DNA of 64,000 bases from Candidatus Woesearchaeota archaeon (GCA_018303625.1 JAGVXV010000010.1:13411-77410); one strand, 5' to 3'. Shown: positions 26,699-36,982, counted from the stretch's first letter. Numbers and translations: made by a program. The notes: generated by a model from the sequence alone, not told the origin.

Positions 26699-27361
26699 AT
26701 GGATGTTTTTGAATGCATAAGGACAAGGCGCTCTGTCAGGAAATTCAAGGACAAGCAGGTTCCATGGGACAACGTAGTTACAATAATGCAGGCCGGCAAA
26801 TACGCGCCTTCTGCAGGGAATTTGCAAAACTGGAAGTTCATAATTGTCAAGAGCGATGCAAAGAGGAAGGCAATCGCAAAAGCCTGCCTTGATCAGGAAT
26901 GGATGGAAACCGCGCCAGTATATATTGTTCTTGTTGGCGAGCCTGAAAAGGCTGAAAGGTACTATGGCGCAAGGGGAAGAAGGCTTTACACAATACAGGC
27001 CATTGCCGCTTCGATACAGAATATGCTGCTTACAGCGCATTCTCTGGGGTTGGGGAGCTGCTGGGTCGGGGCTTTTGACGAAGATGAGATAAGAAGAATT
27101 TTGCTGCTGCCAGAGGTTGTTGATGTTCACGCTGTTGTTGTCATAGGCTATGCGGATGAAAAGCCGGAAATGCCGCCTAAATACAGAATCGAGCATATGA
27201 TGTACTTTGAAAAATGGTGGGGCAGGGTTGAAGGGCCAAAAACCTTTATCGGCTGGTGGAGCCTGTACAATAAAAGGATTGTTGATGAGACAAAAAAGCT
27301 TGCAAAGAAGACTGCGAAAAAGGTAGGGGATAAGGTCAAGGAAAAAATCCAAAAACGATAA
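26699..27361 (+). CDS. Nitroreductase-family flavoprotein with K-rich C-terminal tail
   Basis: 'RRSVRKFKDKQVPWDNVVTIMQAGKYAPSAGNLQNWKFIIV' and 'SCWVGAFDEDEIRRIL' match the nitroreductase fold. The tail is 'KKLAKKTAKKVGDKVKEKIQKR'. Confidence 0.8.
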   Translation: MDVFECIRTRRSVRKFKDKQVPWDNVVTIMQAGKYAPSAGNLQNWKFIIVKSDAKRKAIAKACLDQEWMETAPVYIVLVGEPEKAERYYGARGRRLYTIQAIAASIQNMLLTAHSLGLGSCWVGAFDEDEIRRILLLPEVVDVHAVVVIGYADEKPEMPPKYRIEHMMYFEKWWGRVEGPKTFIGWWSLYNKRIVDETKKLAKKTAKKVGDKVKEKIQKR

Positions 27362-27536
27362 GCTCTTCTTAAAAATAACTTACTTCTTCTTCATATTTTA
27401 AAAAAAAGAAAAAATCCCCTTTCGCAAGGGGATAAAGCCTTCATTGTTAAAACGTTGGGGGTGGTTTTAAAGAATGAAGGCATAGAAAAAATGCCTCATG
27501 TTGCCATAAGGCTCACCACAAAGACTGAAGGGGTGA

Positions 27537-28604
27537 TCATTCAATGATTTCTATGCCAAGCTCTTCGGTAATTTCTTGGACCTCCGCACTTGGTTTTAAG
27601 TGTTCGACTTTGCCCAAAATCCACGGGCTCGTAACACCCGTTATAATTGTCATGACAGTTATCCTTCCTGCCATGTCATTCTGAACACGGGCACCCCAGA
27701 TAACGTTTGCATCCGCATCTAAGCTCTCTGTTACAAGCTCTCCCACGCGGTTTATGTCATCCAGAGTCATATCAGGGCCTCCGCATACATGTATCAAAGC
27801 TCCTGTAGCTCCCCTGTAGTTTATGTCAAGCAGTGGATTTTGCAGCGCTCCTTTAACAGCCTCTTCAACCTTGTTTGTTGTATCTGAAGCTCCAACACCT
27901 ATAGCGGCAACTCCGCCGTTTTTCATTATAGCCCTGACATCCGCATAATCCAGATTAACCAGGGAGGGAATTGCTATTGTTTCTACAATGCCCTTTATCA
28001 TGCTTGCAATCAATTCATTCGCAACTGCAAATGCCTGCTGTATTGGCAAATTGCCTGCGATGGTTACAAGCCTGTTATTGTCAATAACTATCACTGTATC
28101 GGATGTTGTTCTTAATTGCTGCAGCCCGAATTCCGCTTTATCAACTCTGGCCCTTTCAATTTTGAATGGCATTGTCACAGTTCCTATCACTATCGCACCA
28201 GTATCACGCGCAACTTGCGCAACTATCGGCGCTGCTCCGGTTCCGGTGCCTCCTCCCATGCCTGCGCAAACAAAAACCATATCAGAGCCCTTCAAGCATT
28301 CTTTAACTTCCTGCAGGCTCTCTTTTGCAGACTCAGCCCCCTTTTCAGGATATCCTCCACATCCTAATCCTTTTGTAACGCCTTTTCCCAGCAAAAATTT
28401 CCTGTCGGCGCTGATTAAATCCAAATGCTGCTTATCGGTGTTGCAGGCTATAATCTCAGCACCTTTGATTCCTTTGTTATAAAGCCAGCCCACCATGTTG
28501 TTGCCTGAGCCGCCAACACCAATAATTTTTATGTTCGCCTGGCCAACCAATCCCTCATAACTCTTTGTTTCAGCCTTTAGGGCATTCTCCACCAAAAAAT
28601 TCAT
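27537..28604 (-). CDS. ftsZ: Cell division protein FtsZ
   Basis: Tubulin signature 'GGGTGTGAAPIVA', plus 'NTDKQHL' and 'VIDNNRL'. 355 aa. Confidence 0.95.
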   Translation of the reverse strand: MNFLVENALKAETKSYEGLVGQANIKIIGVGGSGNNMVGWLYNKGIKGAEIIACNTDKQHLDLISADRKFLLGKGVTKGLGCGGYPEKGAESAKESLQEVKECLKGSDMVFVCAGMGGGTGTGAAPIVAQVARDTGAIVIGTVTMPFKIERARVDKAEFGLQQLRTTSDTVIVIDNNRLVTIAGNLPIQQAFAVANELIASMIKGIVETIAIPSLVNLDYADVRAIMKNGGVAAIGVGASDTTNKVEEAVKGALQNPLLDINYRGATGALIHVCGGPDMTLDDINRVGELVTESLDADANVIWGARVQNDMAGRITVMTIITGVTSPWILGKVEHLKPSAEVQEITEELGIEIIE

Positions 28605-28800
28605 TTTCTTTTCCCCCTTTTTGTGGTTTTTGGAATATATATCTTAACATAAACATTAGAGTACCAAAATATTTATATTCAAGTTGTTTATATTCCACTC
28701 TCAGAAAAAGCTTAAACGCCAAACAAGCTTTTTAAGTCATTAACAGCCTTATAAGTGCTTAGAACTTATATACGCTTTAAAACACGCCAGTTAAGCACGC

Positions 28801-28852
28801 TTTTTCGCCAAAAAAAGCCTGCTTCATGAGTTTTTCGCCAAAAAAACTCATT
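28801..28852. repeat. Two copies of 16-nt 'TTTTTCGCCAAAAAAA' plus an overlapping palindrome in the ftsZ/dph5 divergent intergenic region
   Basis: The copies are at about 28801-28816 and 28831-28846. 'CATGAGTTTTT cgcc AAAAACTCATt' forms an 11-bp inverted repeat. Confidence 0.4.
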
Positions 28853-28986
28853 ATGACTATTTTTTTAATTTATCTCTAACTGGTTTGTCAGTATTTAAAT
28901 ATTTCTAAAGTATAAAATATATTTTTTAGTATACTAGTTCTCAAAAATGGATAAGATTTTTATAATTTCAGGCATTTCTTCAGCTT

Positions 28987-29745
28987 ATGGCACTTTATCT
29001 AATCGGCATAGGGCTAAATGATGAGAAGGATATCAGCCTAAAAGGCCTGGAACTGATAAAGAAATCAGATTTTGTTTATCTGGAAGCTTACACTTCCAAG
29101 CCGAATGTTCCATTAAATTATCTGGAAAATCTCTACAATAAAAAGATAATTTTAGCTGACAGGAATCTGGTTGAGGTTGAAGCTGAAAAAACTATTTTAA
29201 AGGAAGCAAAATCAAAGAATGTTTCCTTTTTGGTTGCGGGGGATATTTTTGCCGCAACAACACACATTGACTTGTTCTTAAGGGCAAGAAAATCAGGAAT
29301 TGAAGTGAAAGTGGTGCATAACGCCTCAGTGCTTACCGCAGTTGGTGTTACCGGGCTGATGCTTTATAATTTTGGCAAAACGACAAGCATTCCATTGCAC
29401 AACGAGGATATAGAAACCCCTTATGATGTTTTGAAGCTGAACCAGAAAAACAGCATGCATACTTTGTTTATTCTTGACTTGAAGGAAAATGAGAATAGCA
29501 GCTTGACTGTAAATGATGCTATAAGGTATTTGCTGAAAATTGAAATAAAAAGAGGGGAAAGGGTTTTTAGCAATGAGGCCATGTGTGTTGGCTGCGCAAA
29601 GCTTGGCAGCTTAGATCAGATAATAAAAGCAGGAAAAGCCTCGGAGCTGCTGAAGCATAATTTTAAGAATGGCCTGCATTGCCTAATTGTTCCTGCAAAA
29701 AAGCTGCATTTCATTGAGGAAGAGGCTTTGGGGCTTTATAGGTAG
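28987..29745 (+). CDS. dph5: Diphthine synthase (Dph5)
   Basis: 'MALYLIGIGLNDEKDISLKGLE', 'FLVAGDIFAATTH' and 'GLHCLIVP', typical of the tetrapyrrole-methylase-fold diphthine synthase. Confidence 0.85.
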   Translation: MALYLIGIGLNDEKDISLKGLELIKKSDFVYLEAYTSKPNVPLNYLENLYNKKIILADRNLVEVEAEKTILKEAKSKNVSFLVAGDIFAATTHIDLFLRARKSGIEVKVVHNASVLTAVGVTGLMLYNFGKTTSIPLHNEDIETPYDVLKLNQKNSMHTLFILDLKENENSSLTVNDAIRYLLKIEIKRGERVFSNEAMCVGCAKLGSLDQIIKAGKASELLKHNFKNGLHCLIVPAKKLHFIEEEALGLYR

Positions 29746-29800
29746 ATTTCGTTTCTAAATAGGTTAATTTTATAAATTAATTATCATAACGCTGCTTTAC

Positions 29801-29873
29801 AGCCCCGTGGTGTAGCGGTCAAGCATCGTGCCCTTTGGAGGCATGGACGGCAGTTCGAATCTGCCCGGGGCTA
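29801..29873 (+). tRNA. tRNA-Gln (TTG), intronless
   Basis: 73 nt. Acceptor AGCCCCG/CGGGGCT with A73. Anticodon stem GTGCC/GGCAT with loop CTTTGGA. T-arm GGCAG-TTCGAAT-CTGCC. Confidence 0.8.
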
Positions 29874-29933
29874 TTTTTACGAAAACTTTAAATAATAAGT
29901 TCAGTTAGTTATTATATAATTGGGAGTGTTGAT

Positions 29934-30806
29934 ATGGCAATCTTTTATTGGGTTATAGGGGCAGTAGTTATATTTTTCTTCTTTGCGGGGATAAGAATAG
30001 TTAGACCTGTAGAAAGAGGCCTTATTGAGAGGCTTGGAAGATATAAAAGGTTTGCAACGCCTGGATTTAACTGGATTATACCGATAATTGACAGAATGAT
30101 TAAAATCAATATAACTGAAAGAATGGTAAATGCTGAGCCTCAAGAGATTATTACAAAAGACAAGCTTAATGCAAGAGTTGATGCGCAAGTTTACTTCAAA
30201 GTCAAGGACAATGAGAATTCTGTTAAAGACTCGCAATACAATGTTAACAGCTATGAAGACCAGATTGTAAGTCTGGCAAGAACTACATTAAGAAACATAA
30301 TAGGAACTTTATCATTAAATGACGCCAACAGCGGAAGGGACAAAATCAACCAGGAGCTAATGGGCACATTGCTCAAGGAAACAAAAAGCTGGGGGATTGA
30401 TGTTGTAAGAACTGAATTAAAGGAGATTGACCCTCCAAAGGATGTACAGGAAACAATGAACAAGGTTGTAAAGGCAGAGAACGAAAAAATAGCTGCTGTT
30501 GATTATGCAACTGCCACAGAAACAAGAGCCGATGGAGAGAGAAGGGCTGCGATAAAGATGGCTGAAGGAGCTTCAAAGGCTGTTGAGATTGAAGCAAAAG
30601 CAAAGGCCGAAGCTATAAGATTAGTCAACGAGTCAGCGGACAAATACTTCAAAGGCAACGCTCAGTTATTGAAAAAGTATGAAGTGACTGAGGCAAGCCT
30701 GAAAGACAATGCAAAGATCATACTTACAGAGAAAGGCATCCAACCAGTTATTATTTTTGGGGATGAAAAAGTTGTTCCTTTGAATATTAAGAAAGGGAAA
30801 GAGTAG
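29934..30806 (+). CDS. SPFH/band-7 (stomatin/prohibitin-like) membrane protein
   Basis: An N-terminal TM helix, then the SPFH core 'IRIVRPVERGLIERLGRYKRFATPGFNWIIPIIDRM...TKDKLNARVDAQVYFKV'. The C-terminus is a coiled coil. Confidence 0.85.
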   Translation: MAIFYWVIGAVVIFFFFAGIRIVRPVERGLIERLGRYKRFATPGFNWIIPIIDRMIKINITERMVNAEPQEIITKDKLNARVDAQVYFKVKDNENSVKDSQYNVNSYEDQIVSLARTTLRNIIGTLSLNDANSGRDKINQELMGTLLKETKSWGIDVVRTELKEIDPPKDVQETMNKVVKAENEKIAAVDYATATETRADGERRAAIKMAEGASKAVEIEAKAKAEAIRLVNESADKYFKGNAQLLKKYEVTEASLKDNAKIILTEKGIQPVIIFGDEKVVPLNIKKGKE

Positions 30807-31010
30807 AGTTCATTTCAACAAAAACATTTATAAACAACCAAACATTCCAATTTATTGAAAGATAGCGTGGTGAAAGCTCCGCTATACTGGATACAAGAAA
30901 TCTTGTTCTCCAGTTAAATAAATATAATAAATTGCGAGCCAATGAGCGAGCGTAAAATTTGCCGAACGCATATTTAATCTAAAAATAAGCAAGAAAATAA
31001 TTTTCAAAAA

Positions 31011-31466
31011 ATGGCGCGAATGTATTCAAGGAAGAGGGGAAAAAGCGGCTCCAAGAAGCCGATTAAAAAGGCAATGCCCACCTGGCTTAGGTACAAAGCC
31101 AAGGAAATCGAGCTGTTGATAGTGAAATTTGCAAAAGAGGGAAAAAGTGCTTCTGAGATAGGCCTGATTTTGAGGGACAGCTACGGCATTCCTTCTGTGA
31201 AATTGATCTGCGGCAAAACCATAACAAGCGTAATGAAGGAAAAAAACCTGCTGCCTGAAGTGCCTGATGACTTGATAGCCCTGATAAGAAGATCTGTTCT
31301 GATAAGAAAGCACATTGAAGTAAACAAGGAGGACCAAACCGCAAAAAGAGGCCTCACCATAACGGAATCAAAGATAAAGAAGCTTGTGAAATACTATAAG
31401 AGAGAGGGAAAACTGCCATCAGAATGGAAATACGACCCTGCAAGAGCAGGTTTCTTTATGAAATAG
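31011..31466 (+). CDS. rps15: 30S ribosomal protein uS15 (S15P/S13e)
   Basis: 'MARMYSRKRGKSGSKKP...PTWLRY', 'SASEIGLILRDSYGIPSVK' and 'LIRKHIEVNKEDQTAKRGL' are typical of archaeal S15P. Confidence 0.85.
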   Translation: MARMYSRKRGKSGSKKPIKKAMPTWLRYKAKEIELLIVKFAKEGKSASEIGLILRDSYGIPSVKLICGKTITSVMKEKNLLPEVPDDLIALIRRSVLIRKHIEVNKEDQTAKRGLTITESKIKKLVKYYKREGKLPSEWKYDPARAGFFMK

Positions 31467-31501
31467 GCAAGGCCTGAAAGGCGCCTGGGCAGCAAAACCC
31501 A

Positions 31502-34108
31502 TTATTGCCTTAAATCTTTTTTTATAAAATCATAAATCTGAGGGAACTTTCCAATATCAAGTAGCTGTTCATGTAAAACTTTAAGGCTGGAACAGCTGCC
31601 ATTCACATAAAAGTTTTCTGCATACGGCAATTCTGCATTTGCCCTTGTCACAATTCCGTCGCCATCTTCGCCGCCAGTGTTGCATCCTGTTCCGACAACC
31701 ACATATAATTTTGCACTTTTTGGGGTTTTCGACGGGTCATTTAGCTTTTTTATGAAGATGCTGTCTTTAGCCATGTCGCCACACTCCTTATTTTCACCCA
31801 ATATGGGGCAAAAACCGCTTACAGCTCCGGAAATGCCTTTGTTAGGCGTCCCAAACATTATCAGCTTGTGGACGCTTTGTTCCCCGAATATCTGCATATA
31901 GCTTCTTGCCACAAGACCTCCCATGGAATTAGAGAAGATTATCACTTTTTCCCTTCCTGTCCTGAACTTCAGAAGGTCTACAAGCTCTTTTAGCCTTAAA
32001 GCGTATGTTTCTATATTTTCACTTTTTTGCTGGGACACAACATAGCCCCCAATATCATAATAGCTTACAAGATAATAGCTGCCCTTAACGGAAATCGGCT
32101 TTGAGGACAAGCCCCATTCTCCCCTGTTTACTTCAGAATAGTTGGAAACAGGGGTTATTGTCCCGGCGCTTAAATAGCCGTCTTCCTCAAGCCTTGATAT
32201 TAATTTGTTGAAAGCGTCCAAGGAATAATCCGGAGAATTGTCGCTGTTCAATGCGTGGCCATGAATGAAAAGTATAGGGTACAAGGCCGGGTCTTTTCTG
32301 CAGGATTCCTCCTGGCAGCATGGCCTGCATTCCCCAAAAATACAGCATACGGGGTAATTATCCGACAGAGATACGTCAATTCTCGAGCTGAAGTTTTTCT
32401 TTTCAGGGATTGGAACCTTGCCAATGCTGGTTCTGTTCCCGTAGTATTCCGAAAGATTTAATTCCGGGGTTATGGCGCAGTAATCATTATAGTATTTTAT
32501 TGACTGATTTGTCAGGTTCAGGCTTATCAATGATAAAATCTCGCTTTCTGAAAATTCCCCGTAGTCTGAATCCTCTATCAAAGGCGTTTCATTGTAAGCC
32601 GAAAGCATCCCAAGAAGCATATTCAGGGAAAAATTCTGGTTTTGGCTTCCCGGGCTCAGGCTTTTTATTTCATTATAATGCCTGTTTTTTATCATGCCGA
32701 TTTTTTTATTTTTTATTTTCTCTGCTATGGCAATAACTTCCCTCATGTTTACGTAATTTTTCATCAGGTTGCCTGATATGTTATTTTCAATTGATTGCAG
32801 TCCTTTTATTTCATTGAAAGAGCTGCAAAATGAAGCTATCTTTCCGTCGTCGACATCAAAGAATTCATCTTTTATGGAAGAAAGGTTTCTCCTATCGAGG
32901 CATATTCCCTTAATATCGCAAAGAATATCCTCTTCAAGGGCTGAGTAATAAAATCCGGCAGTATATGCTTCTATAAATCTGTCTTTTGATCTAGCTGTTA
33001 TCCCGCTGAATGATTTTTCGGCTTCGTTGATGCTCTTTTCAACATAGCTGTAGTTGGAAAATGTGTTTTGCCTTATTTCATTTTTTATCTTTTCAACTGC
33101 CCTTAAAGCCGAATTATGCTCCTCAAGGATTTTTCCCGAGCCGGGCCTTAGGCCGAATAACAGGGTTTGGTTCAGTTCCCTCAGATTGGCCTCTATTTCA
33201 TCAGCCTCCTCTGCCAAGGTATTGTGCATCTCAAGTACAGACTGCATCCTGCTGCTGACGCTGCCTAGTTCTTCCGATATTTCCTGGAGCCTTGCTTCGT
33301 AGCCCTGGCCGTAAAGCTCGGAAAGGTATGGGTAATTCTGGCTCGACCATACTCTCCTAAGATTTTCTGTTTCCAGCACAATGCTGCTGTATTTCTGGTT
33401 CAGGATATCTTTTTCCCTGCTTATCTCGTTGAGGTTTATATTGAATGCCAATTCAAAAAACTGGCCATTAAGCTCCTGAATCCCTATATCAATTTCTGAA
33501 ATTCTCTTAAGCACTTTTTCCAGGTCTTCCTTCAGGCTGCTTTTCAAAAACCTCTCATATGCCGACAGGTCATAATTTAATGTGACAAAGGATGCTTTTT
33601 GCCTCTTTAACTCGTCTGTCAGGCAATACCACGTCCTTATATTATTGCAGGCTACACTAAACCTGTATATTTTCTGGCCGCTTCCAACGGAATCTATTGA
33701 CAGGTTATAGCCTTTTGAAAACCTTTTCTGGGTGCCTGAGCCTACAGAATAGCCCTCTTCAATAAGTCTTGATGAGGATATGTCATAAAACTCGTAGCTG
33801 CAGCGGCTGTCGCAAAAAAAGCTGTTTTTCACTTCCACATTGAATGTAACGCCGGGTGTTTCATTATAAAGTACGCTCAATGAGATGTCATTGGGATTGA
33901 GGCTTATTGAAAGGTCCTCTGTTATCAAAAAATGCAGATTCAGCCACAGCCTATAGCCGCCGAACAATGCAAATATGGCAAGAGCTATGACAACGGCTAT
34001 AACGGCCTTTTTGTGCTTGCCAAGAAAATCCTTCATATTACTTAGCTTATTTTTTGAGGTTTTCTCTTTCTTTGGGCTGTTTTCTTCTGTTTCTTCTTTT
34101 TCCGGCAT
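31502..34108 (-). CDS. Large membrane-anchored extracellular protein with C-terminal alpha/beta-hydrolase (PGAP1/lipase-like) domain
   Basis: 868 aa. The N-terminus has a single TM ('AVIAVVIALAIFALFGGY'). A long coiled-coil/Asn-rich middle region has many N-x-S/T sites. The C-terminal roughly 280 aa carry 'ILFIHGHALNSD' and a nucleophile elbow 'IIFSNSMGGLVARSY' (GxSxG). Confidence 0.55.
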   Translation of the reverse strand: MPEKEETEENSPKKEKTSKNKLSNMKDFLGKHKKAVIAVVIALAIFALFGGYRLWLNLHFLITEDLSISLNPNDISLSVLYNETPGVTFNVEVKNSFFCDSRCSYEFYDISSSRLIEEGYSVGSGTQKRFSKGYNLSIDSVGSGQKIYRFSVACNNIRTWYCLTDELKRQKASFVTLNYDLSAYERFLKSSLKEDLEKVLKRISEIDIGIQELNGQFFELAFNINLNEISREKDILNQKYSSIVLETENLRRVWSSQNYPYLSELYGQGYEARLQEISEELGSVSSRMQSVLEMHNTLAEEADEIEANLRELNQTLLFGLRPGSGKILEEHNSALRAVEKIKNEIRQNTFSNYSYVEKSINEAEKSFSGITARSKDRFIEAYTAGFYYSALEEDILCDIKGICLDRRNLSSIKDEFFDVDDGKIASFCSSFNEIKGLQSIENNISGNLMKNYVNMREVIAIAEKIKNKKIGMIKNRHYNEIKSLSPGSQNQNFSLNMLLGMLSAYNETPLIEDSDYGEFSESEILSLISLNLTNQSIKYYNDYCAITPELNLSEYYGNRTSIGKVPIPEKKNFSSRIDVSLSDNYPVCCIFGECRPCCQEESCRKDPALYPILFIHGHALNSDNSPDYSLDAFNKLISRLEEDGYLSAGTITPVSNYSEVNRGEWGLSSKPISVKGSYYLVSYYDIGGYVVSQQKSENIETYALRLKELVDLLKFRTGREKVIIFSNSMGGLVARSYMQIFGEQSVHKLIMFGTPNKGISGAVSGFCPILGENKECGDMAKDSIFIKKLNDPSKTPKSAKLYVVVGTGCNTGGEDGDGIVTRANAELPYAENFYVNGSCSSLKVLHEQLLDIGKFPQIYDFIKKDLRQ

Positions 34109-34179
34109 TTTAAGTATATTTAATCAAAATCTGTGAATCCAGCGATATCTTTTTAAACTTTTTAATCTTTGCCTTTTCC

Positions 34180-35931
34180 ATGCAATATGGCAAGCTAGTC
34201 GAATTTTACGAGGAACTTGGCAAGACTACAAAAAGGCTGGAAAAAACGCATATAATTTCTGAATTGCTTAAGCAGACTCCCGCTGAGGATTTGCCAGTTA
34301 TAATGCTTCTCCTGGAAGGGCGCCTGTTTCCGAGCTATGATGCCAGGGAAATTGGCGTCGCCTCGAGGATTATTTTAAAGGCAATAAGCGCCGCATCAGG
34401 GATTGAAGCCGGCAGGATAGAGAAAGAATGGAAAAAAACAGGGGATTTGGGCCTGGTTGCTGAAAATCTGATAAAGGCAAAGAAGCAAGCGACTTTGCAC
34501 AGCCAGGAATTAACTGTAAAAAAGGTTTTTTTGAATCTCAGGAAGCTTGCCGAGCTTGAAGGCTCTGGAACTGTTGAAAGAAAAATTCAATTAATTTCCG
34601 AGCTATTGACATCGGCAAAGCCAAAGGAGGCAAAGTACATAGTAAGGACAATCTTGCAGGTTTTAAGGGTGGGTGTTGGGAGCGGCTCTGTAAGGGACGC
34701 CATAGTATGGGCGTTTTTTTCTGGTGAGATAAATTTAAGGTATAATAAAGAAGAAAACAGCATGGAAATAGGAAACAGGGAAGAATACAAAAGGCACATT
34801 GACGCTGTGCAAAAAGCATTTGATGCCACGAATGACTTTGCTCTGGTTGCAGAGGCTGCCAAAACAAAAGGCCTTAGCGGCCTGAACAGCATCGGCCTCT
34901 TAGTCGGAATTCCGATAAAGGTCATGCTCGCATTGAAAGTCGATACTGCCGAGGAAGGCTTTGAGAGAGTCGGGAAGCCTGCTGAGCTGGAATTCAAGTA
35001 TGACGGCTTCAGGATCCAGGCGCACAAGAAAAACAACGAGATAAAGCTGTTTACAAGGCGCCTGGAGAATGTTACAAACCAGTTTCCTGACGTTGCCGAA
35101 TACATAAAAAAGCACGTGAAAGGAAAAGAGTTCATCATTGACAGCGAAGCTGTCGGCTACAGCAACAAGACAGGAAGGTACCTTCCTTTTCAAAGCATCT
35201 CCCAGAGGATAAAAAGGAAGTATGATATTGAAAAAATGTCAAAAGAGTTTCCGGTTGAGCTGAATGTTTTTGACATCATCTATCATGACGGAAAAAATTA
35301 CCTCAATGAGCCCTTTGAAAGCAGAAGAAAGCTGCTTGAAGGGATTGTAAGCCAAGAGAAGAAAAAAATCGTGCTGGCAAAAAGCTTGATTGCATCCAAT
35401 GCAAAGGAAGTTAAAAAGTTCTATGAGGAGGCCATTAAGCTTGGGAACGAGGGATTGATGCTCAAGGCATTGAATGCTCCTTACAAGCCCGGCGCCAGAG
35501 TCGGTTATATGGTGAAATACAAGCCTGCAAAGGAAACATTTGACCTGGCTATAATAGCAGCTGAATGGGGCGAGGGCAAAAGGGCTAAATGGCTCAGCAG
35601 CTATACAATTGCGTGCACTGACAACGGCAATTTTTTGGAAATCGGCAAGGCAAGCACAGGCCTTAAAGAAAAAGATGAAGAAGGCCTTAGCTTTAATCAG
35701 ATGACAAAGCTGCTCAAGCCTTTAACTTTATCAGAAAAGGGCAAGGAAGTTGCAGTAAAGCCTTCTATAGTTATAGAAGTCGGCTATGAAGAAATACAAA
35801 AAAGCCCCACTTACAGCTCGGGTTTTGCATTGCGCTTTCCAAGAGTAATAAAGCTAAGAGATGATAAAGGCCCTGAAGATGCGACAACATTGGCCATGAT
35901 TAAAGATTGCTACAATAAGCAGAAGAAGTAG
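34180..35931 (+). CDS. lig: ATP-dependent DNA ligase
   Basis: 583 aa with the adenylation motif 'EFKYDGFRIQAHK' (KxDG), plus 'EGLMLK' and a C-terminal OB domain. The N-terminal DNA-binding domain is typical of archaeal LigA. Confidence 0.95.
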   Translation: MQYGKLVEFYEELGKTTKRLEKTHIISELLKQTPAEDLPVIMLLLEGRLFPSYDAREIGVASRIILKAISAASGIEAGRIEKEWKKTGDLGLVAENLIKAKKQATLHSQELTVKKVFLNLRKLAELEGSGTVERKIQLISELLTSAKPKEAKYIVRTILQVLRVGVGSGSVRDAIVWAFFSGEINLRYNKEENSMEIGNREEYKRHIDAVQKAFDATNDFALVAEAAKTKGLSGLNSIGLLVGIPIKVMLALKVDTAEEGFERVGKPAELEFKYDGFRIQAHKKNNEIKLFTRRLENVTNQFPDVAEYIKKHVKGKEFIIDSEAVGYSNKTGRYLPFQSISQRIKRKYDIEKMSKEFPVELNVFDIIYHDGKNYLNEPFESRRKLLEGIVSQEKKKIVLAKSLIASNAKEVKKFYEEAIKLGNEGLMLKALNAPYKPGARVGYMVKYKPAKETFDLAIIAAEWGEGKRAKWLSSYTIACTDNGNFLEIGKASTGLKEKDEEGLSFNQMTKLLKPLTLSEKGKEVAVKPSIVIEVGYEEIQKSPTYSSGFALRFPRVIKLRDDKGPEDATTLAMIKDCYNKQKK

Positions 35932-36075
35932 AAATGCCCCTAAGGGAAGATAAACAAATTTGTTAAAAATTGTGGTTCCTATTTCTCAATAGAATATAAA
36001 ACTATTTGAAGAATCTCAAATCAGCATTTTAGGTTAGATGGGATATCCGTTGAAGTGTTTGTATCCCAATATATC

Positions 36076-36822
36076 TCAGTAAATTCCGAAATCTTCGCAG
36101 TACCTTACACCAGTATATCTAGTTGACAACGGATCAACCCGCTTTACGCAACAAAAAGGGTTAGGGGAACCTGGGGGATCGTAAGCACAGCGCAAAATAT
36201 AGCTCCTGCTGAGGTTGTTATTGTTTTCATTAGATTCGCTTATAACTGAAGTTGCGTCAGCTATGCCGTAGAAAGTAAACTTTTGTTCAGTTGGTGTTCC
36301 ATCAAGAAGAGGCAATGGTATAGGAATGTTCATGAAATGAACAGTGTATACCTCTCCAGTACCTGCCTGTAGTGGATTTACTATAATTCCTATACTTATT
36401 CCACCTGCCAAATTATAATAAGTTGTTGAAGCACTTTGAAACGTATTAGTATCCTTAGTATATAATACAAACGCTGCTGATTTAACCCCACCTAGCGAAT
36501 CACCTTGCACACCTGCCTCAAGAATAGACTCTTTGGCTCTAGTACCACCAACATTGCCGACGCCTATACCTACCTGCATACTTGCTAATAGCGTAGAATT
36601 TTCTCCATATTTATACTCAATAGATTGCAAATTTGACCCATAAGGCACCAAATCAGGCTTTTTTGAGCCGCCGCCACGAACAGCGCTTCCGGTCCCAGAA
36701 GGAATCCCGTTGGAAATTATCATCACAATTGCAATTAAAACAATAAAAGAAATTAGAATTATAGTATTATTTTTTGGTTTAATTCCTTTGCTATCTTTTT
36801 TGCTGCTCTCTTTTTTCGGCAT
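36076..36822 (-). CDS. secreted protein, hypothetical (Gly/Thr-rich, Cys-containing C-terminus)
   Basis: 248 aa. A K-rich cytoplasmic N-terminus is followed by a single TM ('IILISFIVLIAIVMIIS'). The extracellular part has 'CAYDPPGSPNPFCCVKRV...YCEDFG'. Codon usage is AT3-rich. Confidence 0.4.
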   Translation of the reverse strand: MPKKESSKKDSKGIKPKNNTIILISFIVLIAIVMIISNGIPSGTGSAVRGGGSKKPDLVPYGSNLQSIEYKYGENSTLLASMQVGIGVGNVGGTRAKESILEAGVQGDSLGGVKSAAFVLYTKDTNTFQSASTTYYNLAGGISIGIIVNPLQAGTGEVYTVHFMNIPIPLPLLDGTPTEQKFTFYGIADATSVISESNENNNNLSRSYILRCAYDPPGSPNPFCCVKRVDPLSTRYTGVRYCEDFGIY

Positions 36823-36905
36823 TTTTATTGAAATTTTATATGCTTATGATATTATTGGCTGAAATCTTTATAAATATTTCCATTTGAATTTAGATATTTT
36901 TAAGT

Positions 36906-36982
36906 ATGCCCCTACTGGGTAGCGGAAATCATAGATTTCCTGAACCCATCGGGTCATTCGTTTTGCTCATGCCCCTACTGGG
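36906..36982. repeat. Direct repeat of the tRNA-Arg 3'-terminal 14 nt (att-like), enclosing a short hairpin
   Basis: 'ATGCCCCTACTGGG' occurs at about 36906-36919 and again at about 36969-36982, which is the actual 3' end of tRNA-Arg on the minus strand. The roughly 50-nt spacer contains the hairpin GGAAATC-ATA-GATTTCC. Confidence 0.45.

Noticed and set aside
28801-28846. Possible CRISPR array
   Set aside because: There are only two 16-nt repeat copies with a 14-nt spacer. No further repeats and no cas genes occur anywhere in the window.
30807-31010. Possible C/D box sRNA in the stomatin-rps15 intergenic region (GC-richer stretch 'GCGAGCCAATGAGCGAGCG')
   Set aside because: No convincing RUGAUGA / CUGA box pair with correct spacing. 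It is probably just the promoter and leader of rps15.
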